IMG/VR virus record: IMGVR_UViG_3300008262_000017
Location: 1-64,000 of that record
DNA: 64,000 nt
Reading direction: 5' to 3' (one strand)
Source of the DNA: a virus
The first letter of the stretch is position 1. Every line of letters starts with the position of its first letter. The position numbers were made by a program, and so were the translations under genes. The notes beneath the pieces are model-generated. The model did no database searches, was not told the origin of the DNA, and saw only the letters and a list, made by a program, of their open reading frames with translations. Positions 8,997 to 17,875 of the stretch are shown here, in pieces.

Positions 8997-9281
8997 ATGA
9001 GTAGACCAAAACCTAAAGTGTTATTGGAATATACTAATAAGAAAAACTATAAGAGTGAACAGATTTTAGAATCTGACGCAATATGGGCTGTATTCTATAA
9101 GAATCAGCCCTTTAACCTTAAGAGTTTTAATAGTTTAACTAGTTATCCTGGTCCTAAATACAAAAAAGTTTCATTTAGTAATCCCGGACACGCTGTTAAT
9201 TTGGCTAAAAAATTGAATAAAACATTTAATTGCGAAGACTTTCAAGTAGTTAGATTAACTTCGGGTGAAACATTAAAATGA
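8997..9281 (+). CDS. Basic hypothetical phage protein
   Basis: MSRPKP...YPGPKYKKVSFSNPGHA.NLAKKLN. Confidence 0.75.
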   Translation: MSRPKPKVLLEYTNKKNYKSEQILESDAIWAVFYKNQPFNLKSFNSLTSYPGPKYKKVSFSNPGHAVNLAKKLNKTFNCEDFQVVRLTSGETLK

Positions 9282-9676
9282 TCTCAAAAGAGACATATAC
9301 CAAAATTTTCTTAAATGAACTAGGTAAAAGCACAGATGAAGCCAATGTCAAACTTCATCTGCAAAAGTGGTGGCAAAATCATCGAACTAAAAAAGATGGC
9401 GGCTTAAGGTTGAGCGATGAAGGATATGAGTTTTTAGTAAAAGATCTTTCTCTACAAGAACACGAAATTCCATTTACTGATAAGATAGAAATTAGTCCGC
9501 AGGTTATTATATTTTTTGATAGATATTTGGACTGTCCTTATTACTTAACTTTTCAAAGTTTAACCGTTTTTAGCGAAAAAAAAGCCTTTGAGCTACACAT
9601 GTTTTCGGACGATATTCGAAAATATGGGCTAGTCAAAGCAATGAACGCCCGAAATAAAGACAGCCAAACGGACTAA
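9278..9676 (+). CDS. Hypothetical phage protein
   Basis: ATGA-coupled; WW.N.R...GGLRL...G motif. Confidence 0.7.
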   Translation: MISKETYTKIFLNELGKSTDEANVKLHLQKWWQNHRTKKDGGLRLSDEGYEFLVKDLSLQEHEIPFTDKIEISPQVIIFFDRYLDCPYYLTFQSLTVFSEKKAFELHMFSDDIRKYGLVKAMNARNKDSQTD

Positions 9677-9692
9677 AACTCCTAAAAAATTG

Positions 9693-9721
9693 TTGACGTA
9701 GACTGCTTATGGCGTTATAAT
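9693..9721 (+). promoter_or_regulatory. Strong sigma70-type (early) promoter TTGACG-N17-TATAAT
   Basis: -35 at 9693-9698, -10 at 9716-9721, A-tract upstream; GGAG RBS before ATG 9771. Confidence 0.85.
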
Positions 9722-9770
9722 AGATACATAGACAGTTAGTTCTTAACAATTTTTTAACCCTGGAGTATTT

Positions 9771-10862
9771 ATGAGCGAGATTATTTCACGCACCGTTGGC
9801 CCGAAAACTGGCAAAAAAGCAATTCGTCGTGCATTTAAGGCACAGCGTCCAATCTTCCTGTGGGGTCCTCCAGGAATTGGTAAGTCCGATATCATCAAAC
9901 AAATTGGTGCTGAATTGGATGCTCATGTTATTGATATCCGTTTGAGCCTTTGGGAACCTACCGACATTAAAGGTATCCCTTACTTTGATGCCAATGCAGG
10001 TCGCATGAATTGGGCTCCTCCTATTGAACTTCCAGATGCAGAAATGGCTGCAAAGCATGATCAAATCATCCTGTTTATGGATGAAATGAACTCGGCTGCT
10101 CCTGCTGTACAGGCTGCGGCATACCAATTGGTACTGAACCGTAAGGTTGGTACTTATACACTGCCCGATAATGTGTTTATTGTGGCGGCTGGTAACCGTG
10201 AAGCAGATAAAGGTGTTACTTATCGTATGCCTGCTCCGTTGGCTAACCGCTTCGTTCACTTGGAAATGAGCGTTGATTGGGATGACTGGTTCTCTTGGGC
10301 TACTGACAACCGTATCCATAAGGACGTTGTTGGCTTCTTGACTTTTAGCAAGAAGGATTTGTATGACTTTGATCCAAAGAGTGGCTCCAAAGCATTCGCT
10401 ACTCCTCGTAGCTGGAGTTTTGTATCCGAACTGTTGTTTGATGAAGACGAGGACGAAAGCACATTGACTGATTTGGCTAGCGGTGCAGTAGGCGAAGGTC
10501 TTGCTATCAAGTTTATGGCACACCGTAAAGTGGCATCTAAGCTGCCTAACCCTACAGACATCCTTTCTGGTAAGGTTAAGAAAATGGATACTAAGGAAAT
10601 CTCCGCTATGTATTCGTTGACTGTTAGCCTGTGTTATGAGCTCAAAGATGCTTGCGAAAAGAAAGCCAAAGATTGGAACGATCAGGCCAGTAACTTCTTC
10701 CAATTTATGATGGACAATTTCGAAACCGAATTGGTTGTTATGGGTACTAAACTGGCATTGACACAATATCAACTGCCTTTGGATCCAGACGAAATCAAAT
10801 GTTTCGATGATTTCCATTCCAAATTCGGCAAGTATATTGCGGCAGCTACAGAAAAGCGTTGA
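9771..10862 (+). CDS. MoxR-family AAA+ ATPase
   Basis: Walker A GPPGIGKS, Walker B LFMDE, AAGNR sensor, PLANRF Arg finger, TPRSW. Confidence 0.9.
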   Translation: MSEIISRTVGPKTGKKAIRRAFKAQRPIFLWGPPGIGKSDIIKQIGAELDAHVIDIRLSLWEPTDIKGIPYFDANAGRMNWAPPIELPDAEMAAKHDQIILFMDEMNSAAPAVQAAAYQLVLNRKVGTYTLPDNVFIVAAGNREADKGVTYRMPAPLANRFVHLEMSVDWDDWFSWATDNRIHKDVVGFLTFSKKDLYDFDPKSGSKAFATPRSWSFVSELLFDEDEDESTLTDLASGAVGEGLAIKFMAHRKVASKLPNPTDILSGKVKKMDTKEISAMYSLTVSLCYELKDACEKKAKDWNDQASNFFQFMMDNFETELVVMGTKLALTQYQLPLDPDEIKCFDDFHSKFGKYIAAATEKR

Positions 10863-10879
10863 TCGCTAGCCAAAATCAA

Positions 10880-10908
10880 TTGACAGGACCTACGGGTCCT
10901 GTTATAAT
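10880..10908 (+). promoter_or_regulatory. Consensus sigma70 promoter TTGACA-N17-TATAAT containing a cUACGg hairpin
   Basis: TTGACA at 10880-10885, TATAAT at 10903-10908; ACAGGACC-TACG-GGTCCTGT at 10883-10902. Confidence 0.85.
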
Positions 10909-10938
10909 ATATACATACAGTATTATTCGGAGCAATTA

Positions 10939-12150
10939 ATGACACATTTAGACCCTGTTGTAGATAAGATTATTGTAGCTCGTATTGGCTTGCTACTGCG
11001 CCATCCATTTTTTGGTAACATGGCAACCCGTTTGAAAATTGTAGATGCCAGTGATTGGTGTACTACTGCGGCAACTGACGGACGCCATTTGTTTTATAGC
11101 CGTCCGTTTTTTGAGAAGCTCACAGCTAAACAGGTAGAGTTTGTTGTAGCTCATGAAATTCTACACAACGTATTCGATCATATTGCACGTACCGAAAATC
11201 GTAATAAGAAAATTTGGAACGCCGCTATCGACTATTGTGTAAACGGTCAGTTAGTTCGTGATAAAATCGGTGATGGCAATTTTAAAGACATTAAAATCTA
11301 TCACGATCCAAAGCACTACGGCAAGAGTGCAGAACAAGTGTATGACGAAATCTATGAAGAAGAAGACGGCAAAGATTTAGATGCATTAGGCCAATTGCTG
11401 GATCAGCACATTGATTGGGAAGGCGATGGACAAGGCAACGGACAGGGCAAGCAACCCGGACAAGGAGGCAAGCCGCAGTACACTAAAGAAGAATTAAAAC
11501 AAATCCGTGACGAGATTCGCGAAGCCAGCATTGCGGCGGCGCAGGCTGCTGGTGCAGGTAACACTCCGGCAGAAATTCAACGTTTGATCCGTGAATTGAC
11601 TGAGCCTAAAATGAACTGGCGTCAGATTTTGCGTCAGCAAATCCAAAGTACTATCCGCAACGACTATACTTTTGCTCGTCCTAGCCGCAAAGGTTGGCAT
11701 ACTGGTGCTATTTTGCCTGGCATGAACTTTGATGAGACTATTGATATTTGTATTAGTATTGACATGTCAGGTTCTATCAGCGATGAACAGGCCAAAGACT
11801 TCTTAACAGAAATCAAAGGCATCATGGACGAATACAAAGACTATAACATCAAAATCTGGTGCTTTGACACTAAGGTTTATAATGAACAAGACTTTGATGG
11901 TTATGGCGGCAACGACATTACCGAATACGAGCCTATGGGCGGCGGTGGTACTGAATTTGACGCCAACTGGGAATACATGAAGCACAATGATATCAACCCT
12001 AAAAAGTTTATCATGTTCACAGACGGATATCCTTGGGGATCTTGGGGTGATGAGAACTACTGTGATACAGTATTCATCATTCACGGCAATAATACTATTG
12101 TACCTCCTTTCGGTACTTATGCATATTATCAAGAAGAAGCAAGAAGTTAA
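10939..12150 (+). CDS. HEXXH metallopeptidase-like + vWA domain protein (DUF2201-type), MoxR partner
   Basis: TAATDG, AHEILH, G/Q-rich linker, MIDAS IDMSGS, GGGGT, FTDG. Confidence 0.85.
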   Translation: MTHLDPVVDKIIVARIGLLLRHPFFGNMATRLKIVDASDWCTTAATDGRHLFYSRPFFEKLTAKQVEFVVAHEILHNVFDHIARTENRNKKIWNAAIDYCVNGQLVRDKIGDGNFKDIKIYHDPKHYGKSAEQVYDEIYEEEDGKDLDALGQLLDQHIDWEGDGQGNGQGKQPGQGGKPQYTKEELKQIRDEIREASIAAAQAAGAGNTPAEIQRLIRELTEPKMNWRQILRQQIQSTIRNDYTFARPSRKGWHTGAILPGMNFDETIDICISIDMSGSISDEQAKDFLTEIKGIMDEYKDYNIKIWCFDTKVYNEQDFDGYGGNDITEYEPMGGGGTEFDANWEYMKHNDINPKKFIMFTDGYPWGSWGDENYCDTVFIIHGNNTIVPPFGTYAYYQEEARS

Positions 12151-12429
12151 ATGGCTCTTAAAAACGGTAAAGTAAATCCGCTAAATGTGCTGGGTATCCG
12201 TAAAGTGGAATTCCCAGCACATCATTTTGTCTATACAGAAATTCCAAAATTTAATCCTTCGTTTGTTAATAAACTAGACAATTGGATTAGTCAAAATTTA
12301 AACGGTAGATATTACATAGGTCAGTATATAGGTATTATTGACAATACTATTGTGTTCACTACTCGGATTGGATTTGAACAAGAGAAAGAACTTAGTTTTT
12401 TCAAACTTGCTTGTCCAGATCTTATCTGA
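12151..12429 (+). CDS. Hypothetical phage protein
   Basis: NPLN...W...NL.GRYY...IGFE..KELSFF.L. Confidence 0.7.
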   Translation: MALKNGKVNPLNVLGIRKVEFPAHHFVYTEIPKFNPSFVNKLDNWISQNLNGRYYIGQYIGIIDNTIVFTTRIGFEQEKELSFFKLACPDLI

Positions 12430-12470
12430 TAGATAAATTATAAGCATATATAATAGAAAGGAGTACTCAC

Positions 12471-12680
12471 ATGAGTGAAAATGAAAATACCCAATCACAA
12501 GAAACTGCACAAGATCAGACTCAACTAACGATCAATGACTTAGTAGCTATAAAAAGCATTATCGATATTGCTAGTCAAAGAGGTGCGTTTAAACCAACTG
12601 AAATGATGGTTGTAGGACAGACTTATAATAAGCTGATGGCATTTTTAGAATCAGTAAAACAACAAGGAGAGTCTAAATGA
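12471..12680 (+). CDS. Small helical protein with RGAFK motif
   Basis: Strong AAGGAG RBS; LTINDL...RGAFKPTE..VG..Y.KL.AFL. Confidence 0.75.
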   Translation: MSENENTQSQETAQDQTQLTINDLVAIKSIIDIASQRGAFKPTEMMVVGQTYNKLMAFLESVKQQGESK

Positions 12681-12904
12681 CTGAACAAGTAAACGAAGTT
12701 ACTCAAGAACAAGTAACAGATGCACCGAAACCTGAACTTAACTTAAATGATTTGGCTGCTATTCGAAATTTAATCGAAGTAGTAACTCAGAGGGGTGCCT
12801 TTAAAGCTAACGAATTATCATCCGTTGGAGTGCTATTCGACAAGGTCAATGCATTCTTAGAGGCTGCAAAAGCACAGTCGACACAAGCACCACAAGGAGA
12901 ATAA
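12677..12904 (+). CDS. Small helical protein with RGAFK motif (tandem paralog)
   Basis: LNLNDL...RGAFKANE..VG..F.KV.AFL; AAGGAG RBS. Confidence 0.75.
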   Translation: MTEQVNEVTQEQVTDAPKPELNLNDLAAIRNLIEVVTQRGAFKANELSSVGVLFDKVNAFLEAAKAQSTQAPQGE

Positions 12905-12905
12905 C

Positions 12906-13550
12906 ATGGCAGATCTAAAACATGTAGGAAAAATTAAAGCTACAGGAAAAAAAGTACTAGTAGCATTTAGAACACTTCCAGGTGATGCGTATAATTGTTT
13001 AGTAGTTCCTACAGAGAATCTACTAGACGACCAACATAATTCTCTTATTCAACTTGTTGAAAGTCCTGCGGCTCAGCAAGCATTTGAGTTTCACGAAGTA
13101 CTTGCAAGAGCAAAGTTTCCAGATGGTAGTACTATGCTTCCTACACTACATGTTCAAGGAAAGCTAATTAAAGTAGGCACTGATAAAGTAGAAATGACTC
13201 CTAACTTTCAAGCATCGATTTCTTTGGCAGAGCTTAATCAATTGATCGCTGAACAAAGAGGAACAGCAGTTGATGACCTTTCAGTCAAGGATCCAAATGC
13301 TGTGCCTCCGAACGTAGAAGTTCAAGAAGTTGCCACTGTAAAAGACATTAGTAATGCAGGTAAAACAACCTCAGGATCTGTTAATGAAGATGTACAGCCT
13401 GTTGTTTCTGCTCCATTGTCTGTTGAAGATCAAGCTAAGAAATTCCGCAGTGATGCAGATCGTCTAAGCAAAGAAGCGGCAGAACTAAGACGCCAGGCAG
13501 AAGCACTAGTTCCAACTACTAAAAAGAAAAAAGAAGCAGTAAGTGAATAA
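12906..13550 (+). CDS. Hypothetical phage protein with C-terminal coiled coil
   Basis: AAGGAG RBS; LKHVG...VAFRTLPGD; ends in an A/E/K-rich helix. Confidence 0.75.
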   Translation: MADLKHVGKIKATGKKVLVAFRTLPGDAYNCLVVPTENLLDDQHNSLIQLVESPAAQQAFEFHEVLARAKFPDGSTMLPTLHVQGKLIKVGTDKVEMTPNFQASISLAELNQLIAEQRGTAVDDLSVKDPNAVPPNVEVQEVATVKDISNAGKTTSGSVNEDVQPVVSAPLSVEDQAKKFRSDADRLSKEAAELRRQAEALVPTTKKKKEAVSE

Positions 13551-13863
13551 TGGGAAGACTCTTCCCAAAGATGTAGTAGATTTATGGCCTGAGATATTCG
13601 GGGAAGTTACATTAAATGTAGTTCCCCTTGTTTATGTACACACTATTGAAATTACATTTAAAAACACCAAAGTTTGGGAAATAGATTTTAAAAAAAACTT
13701 AAAGGCTCAGAGCTGGGATGTCTTTGAAAAAGAAATCAAAGAAATTATTCGCCAATACGAAGATGACATTGATAAAATTGATTTCAAGTTAGACACAGAT
13801 CGTATTAAAAAAGACATGATCAAACACACTAAAAAATTCTTAAACAATAGAAAGCTAAAATGA
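13543..13863 (+). CDS. Hypothetical phage protein
   Basis: GTG start overlapping the upstream gene; WPEIFG...VP..Y...IDFKLD. Confidence 0.7.
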   Translation: MNNGKTLPKDVVDLWPEIFGEVTLNVVPLVYVHTIEITFKNTKVWEIDFKKNLKAQSWDVFEKEIKEIIRQYEDDIDKIDFKLDTDRIKKDMIKHTKKFLNNRKLK

Positions 13864-14534
13864 AAGTTAAATTAGTATCTTATAGCAAGCCCACAGAGGA
13901 ATTTCAAAATCAAGACATTGAAGATGCTCTTGATCTTGTTGCATACTGTGCTCGTGTAAGTAATCCTGCTAATCAGTTCAATACAGAAACTAGTGAAAAA
14001 CTAATTAAGTATTTGATCAAACATCAACATTGGTCACCTCTCGAAATGGTTTCAGCTTGTATTGAAATTGAAACTACTAGAGATATTGCTCGACAAATTT
14101 TACGTCATCGTTCATTTAGTTTTCAAGAGTTTAGTCAACGCTATGCTGATCCTACAGCAGAATTAGGCGAAGCGTTTGTAGTCCGTGAAGCACGTTTTCA
14201 GGACACAAAGAATAGGCAGAACAGTGTTGAGTTTGATATGAACGACGAAAGCCAACGTTTACTGGCTATTGAATGGGAACGTGCTCAAAAGCGTGTGCTA
14301 TTTGCAGTAGAAAAAGAATACAAATGGGCTATTGCAAATGGCATTGCTAAAGAACAAGCTCGAGCCGTTCTTCCTGAAGGACTTACAGTAAGTCGCATGT
14401 ATATGAACGGAACTATCCGTAGTTGGATCCATTACATTAACTTGCGTAAGGAAAACGGAACGCAAAAAGAACACATGGAGATTGCTCAAGCATGTGCTAA
14501 GATTATTTCCGAAGTATTTCCTTTAGAAATTTAA
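13860..14534 (+). CDS. thyX: FAD-dependent thymidylate synthase
   Basis: ThyX motif RHRSFSFQEFSQRY; also HWSPLE, EQARAVLP, TQKEH. Confidence 0.95.
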   Translation: MKVKLVSYSKPTEEFQNQDIEDALDLVAYCARVSNPANQFNTETSEKLIKYLIKHQHWSPLEMVSACIEIETTRDIARQILRHRSFSFQEFSQRYADPTAELGEAFVVREARFQDTKNRQNSVEFDMNDESQRLLAIEWERAQKRVLFAVEKEYKWAIANGIAKEQARAVLPEGLTVSRMYMNGTIRSWIHYINLRKENGTQKEHMEIAQACAKIISEVFPLEI

Positions 14535-15491
14535 TTTAAATGTTTTATACAACCAATCGAAATCATTAATCCTATGAGTTTCGGTTGGTTGTGTTTCGGC
14601 AAATAGTTTACCTGCTACTGCTCCTGCAATAGCATATTCCCCAAACAATTTATCAGCGCCTTGTGTACACCATGTATCAAGGCGCTGTTCTGTTTCTTCC
14701 GTTACTTGTCTATTAATAGATTTGCTGGCTAATTTAACACATTCTCTAAATGCACTTTTCCATGTGTTAAAAGGATCTGTATTAAACGCTGTAATGTTGC
14801 TGGCGTTATCCATTATTTTAAAATTGTTACTGATACTAGTTGTCATATCAGTTGAACTAGTGTCCATACCTAGTGTTAGTTGTCTAGGTAAGAGTTTAAC
14901 TCCTCCATATCCGTATTCTAAATTATTAATAGGATTTTTACTTCTCCATACATGAACTGTTTCAGCGTCCCATGTAGGTACGTGATAGTCAAAGTTGAAA
15001 CTGTCTAATATTAAAGCATCACCGTCAACTACCCAGAATAACGGAGTATCAGATATTTCAGCTGCTTTTATATGAGCATTATGAATACCTTTAACTCCGT
15101 GTACTCTTTTAGCAGTAGGTTGTTTATCTTTTAGTGCTTGGAAATTACTGTCTGCATTAGGTTCGTTATAGCTTATAAAGACAATATCATAAATTTTAGA
15201 TTTTGGGGTGCTTGCTTGTATGTTCCATTCTTTGCGGGTAATCAAGAATCTACTATTAAATTCTCTTTCACTAACTGGTCGATGCTTACTCATTAACATA
15301 ATACCATCATAATGATCCCCGTTAAGAAATACATGATTCATTTTACGATCATATTCATTGTCATGACTAAAATAAATATCAAACTTAAAAGAAGGACTAA
15401 TGACGATATCATCAGGCACTACCCAAAACATCTCAGTTGGGGAATCTGTTAATGCTTTTAAATAATCTTGATAAGATTTAATTGACAACAT
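14523..15491 (-). CDS. GT-A-like glycosyltransferase (C-terminal part of an apparently frameshifted repeat protein)
   Basis: One repeat unit, then YDIVFISYNEPNA...RVHGVKGIH.AH...FWVVDGD (DxD)...YGYGGVKL...AFRECVKL; paralog of 30700..31590. Confidence 0.65.
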   Translation of the reverse strand: MLSIKSYQDYLKALTDSPTEMFWVVPDDIVISPSFKFDIYFSHDNEYDRKMNHVFLNGDHYDGIMLMSKHRPVSEREFNSRFLITRKEWNIQASTPKSKIYDIVFISYNEPNADSNFQALKDKQPTAKRVHGVKGIHNAHIKAAEISDTPLFWVVDGDALILDSFNFDYHVPTWDAETVHVWRSKNPINNLEYGYGGVKLLPRQLTLGMDTSSTDMTTSISNNFKIMDNASNITAFNTDPFNTWKSAFRECVKLASKSINRQVTEETEQRLDTWCTQGADKLFGEYAIAGAVAGKLFAETQPTETHRINDFDWLYKTFKLNF

Positions 15492-16776
15492 ACTGCTGAT
15501 ATGTTACAGGACCACTAGCAACAATATCCCACTCTTTACGTTCTAATGGAGTCCTATACTCTATTTCACGTTTGCTAAGAGGTTTGTTTTTACTGCAAAG
15601 GAAAATACCGTTGTAGCTGTCTTTATCTCCAACACGATGTATAAATGCATGTGTTTGACCTCTATCATAACTGTTGTGATGACTAAAATAAATGTCAAAC
15701 TCAAAATCTAAGGCTGTAGCAATGTTACGGCTTGTCATCCAAAACATCTCTGTTGAACTTCTTTCAAGTGCTTCTTGATATTCTTCCCATGAGTCAATGT
15801 AAAAAATATCGTACTTCTTAGGAACACTTGCAACAATATCCCAATCTTTTTTATTTGTTAAAAATCTGTACTTGAACTCTCTCTCACTTATAGGACTGTG
15901 CTTACTTAACAGCATTACTCCGTCATAGTGCTCACCATTTAAAAATACATGATTTGTCTTTCTATCGAAATCGTTATCATGGCTAAAATAAATGTTAAAA
16001 TCAAAGTTAGAATCTAACTTAACGTCATTAGGTATTACCCAAAATAGTTCAGTAGGACTCTTTTCTACCAGTTCTAAATATTGCTCATATGTAGTTACAA
16101 GTCCGCAATAGTTTTCATAGTTTTTAGGAAGGCTTGCTACAATGTCCCACTCTCGACGATGGATTGGAAATCTATGTTCAACTTCTTTCTTGCTTAATGG
16201 CTTATTCTTACTGCAAAGAAATATGCCATTGAAAAAGTTAGACACCGGAGTTTGATGTACAAATGCATGATTTTGATTTCTGTCATCAGTATTGTAATGG
16301 CTAAAGTACATGTCAAACTTAAAGTCAGCATGTGTTTCTAAGTTCTTACCGGTCATCCAAAACATTTCTGTTGTAGATGTAGTTAGAGCTTCTTGATATT
16401 CTTCCCAAGAATCAATATAAAAAATATCATATATTTTAGGAACACTTGCCTGTACATCGATTTCTTTTTTCTTAATAAAAAATCGATGCTTTAGTTCTCT
16501 TTCTGATACATTTGCATTTTTAGGAAATAAACAGACGCCGTCGTAGAACTCGCCATTTTTAAAAACGTGTGTATAAGGTCTGTCCCATTCTGGGACTTTA
16601 TAATCAAAATTAAAATTTAGATTTAGCTTTAAATCATCCCATATTACCCAAAACATTTTTGTCAAACTCATTTGTTTAGCTTGAGCAAAGTTATCAACTT
16701 GTTTTGCTAACGGAAATCTTATTTTTAATTTTTGATATTCGTCGTTACTTTTACCTACAAAAAATATATCGTACAT
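15478..16776 (-). CDS. Repeat protein made of degenerate GT-A-like units (N-terminal part)
   Basis: About four ~105-aa repeats, YDIF...T(E/K)MFW...FD.YFSH...H.F..G...G..L..K...S..E...R....E.DI.AS.P. Confidence 0.7.
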   Translation of the reverse strand: MYDIFFVGKSNDEYQKLKIRFPLAKQVDNFAQAKQMSLTKMFWVIWDDLKLNLNFNFDYKVPEWDRPYTHVFKNGEFYDGVCLFPKNANVSERELKHRFFIKKKEIDVQASVPKIYDIFYIDSWEEYQEALTTSTTEMFWMTGKNLETHADFKFDMYFSHYNTDDRNQNHAFVHQTPVSNFFNGIFLCSKNKPLSKKEVEHRFPIHRREWDIVASLPKNYENYCGLVTTYEQYLELVEKSPTELFWVIPNDVKLDSNFDFNIYFSHDNDFDRKTNHVFLNGEHYDGVMLLSKHSPISEREFKYRFLTNKKDWDIVASVPKKYDIFYIDSWEEYQEALERSSTEMFWMTSRNIATALDFEFDIYFSHHNSYDRGQTHAFIHRVGDKDSYNGIFLCSKNKPLSKREIEYRTPLERKEWDIVASGPVTYQQYVVN

Positions 16777-16782
16777 CGTTTA

Positions 16783-16814
16783 CCTCGTGATATAGTAATT
16801 ATCAACACAAGAGG
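16783..16814 (-). promoter_or_regulatory. Late-like promoter GATAATTA inside an imperfect hairpin that pairs with the GAGG RBS
   Basis: Minus strand reads CCTCTTGTGTTGATAATTACTATATCACGAGG-TAAACG-ATG. Confidence 0.45.
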
Positions 16815-16828
16815 GACATCAAAAAATT

Positions 16829-17875
16829 TTAGCTATAGTCGCCGTATTCATCATCTCTAACTGTGTCTAATGTAGCACAGTGAGGACCGCCGCTGAGTGT
16901 ACGACAATGACGCATTACTACAGGCATAATATCAAAACCGTTTCTTTCTAATTGTTTTATTAAACGAGTTTGTCTAGATTCTACTGCAACTAGTTTATCG
17001 CTAATGCTTAACACATTCATTCCTAACCAAGGACTAGCTGTAGCCCAATCTTTAACATAAGGAGTTTCAATAGGATCTTCGGACCAAATCTTTTTCCAAT
17101 TTTTAAAATATTCTGGTAAATTATTTTCGTTAACTCTACTAGGATTTAGCAATACTGTTCCTGCTGCCAAAGGAAGAATTGTAGTATCTACATGTACGTA
17201 GGCATAGATATTATCCATTACATGAACCTTATAGCGATCACCTAATGTACTCTGTAACCATTTTGCACCCATCCTATTGCCGCTGTTGCTAACAAGGTAG
17301 AATATATCCTTGCCACACTTAATGACATTAGCAGCATCAAAAGCTGGTTCAAAGTCTGTAAGTGTAGACTTACTTAGATCTGTACGATCATATAATGCAT
17401 CTAACAATTCACCTTTAGGAGCACTGATCCAACGACTGCCTGCGTTAAAGTAGTTCTTAAAAATATCTTTGTAAGCAAAGTTTTCAAAATACCTTGCACG
17501 TAAAGGCATAGGTGTTTCTATAATAGTGTCGCCTATAATTAGTGTGCTGTCTCTTGGGCAATAACCATAATAAGCATCTGTAGACCAATAAGGATTACTG
17601 TGTTGTGTAGCATAATCAAACACTTTAGGTCGGAGAACTTTAACACCTACAGACTCTAACTGTTTTTGAAATACATCTAAATCTTCTACAGTTTCTTCAA
17701 TAATCTGATCCGGATAATAACCTCCTGGCAATCCATTAACTATGTCGTAGTTAGCATAGTCTACACAATGTATGTCGTGTCTTTTAATACTAGGAACCTG
17801 TGCATATTCAGCACGACCTAGTATAACTTCTTTTAGTGTTCCCCACTCTGTATTTGAATTAGCTTTTAACATCAT
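16829..17875 (-). CDS. L-arginine amidinotransferase (glycine/inosamine-phosphate amidinotransferase family)
   Basis: EWGTLKEVILG, CPRD, FDAAN, HVDTT, LGMNVLS and catalytic GGPHCATLD. Confidence 0.9.
   Translation of the reverse strand: MMLKANSNTEWGTLKEVILGRAEYAQVPSIKRHDIHCVDYANYDIVNGLPGGYYPDQIIEETVEDLDVFQKQLESVGVKVLRPKVFDYATQHSNPYWSTDAYYGYCPRDSTLIIGDTIIETPMPLRARYFENFAYKDIFKNYFNAGSRWISAPKGELLDALYDRTDLSKSTLTDFEPAFDAANVIKCGKDIFYLVSNSGNRMGAKWLQSTLGDRYKVHVMDNIYAYVHVDTTILPLAAGTVLLNPSRVNENNLPEYFKNWKKIWSEDPIETPYVKDWATASPWLGMNVLSISDKLVAVESRQTRLIKQLERNGFDIMPVVMRHCRTLSGGPHCATLDTVRDDEYGDYS

Noticed and set aside
9786-10817. 343-aa antisense ORF opposite the MoxR ATPase
   Set aside because: It is a codon-register shadow of a biased gene, with no RBS, promoter or motif.
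15200-16500. Recurring 13-20 bp DNA repeats that could suggest a CRISPR array or DGR template/variable repeats
   Set aside because: They are in-frame protein repeats spaced about 300-620 bp apart. There is no spacer periodicity, no obvious A-specific mismatch pattern and no reverse transcriptase in the window.
16829-17875. Amidinotransferase as archaeosine synthase
   Set aside because: Motifs belong to the Arg-dependent pentein family, not QueF-like, ArcS or Gat-QueC.
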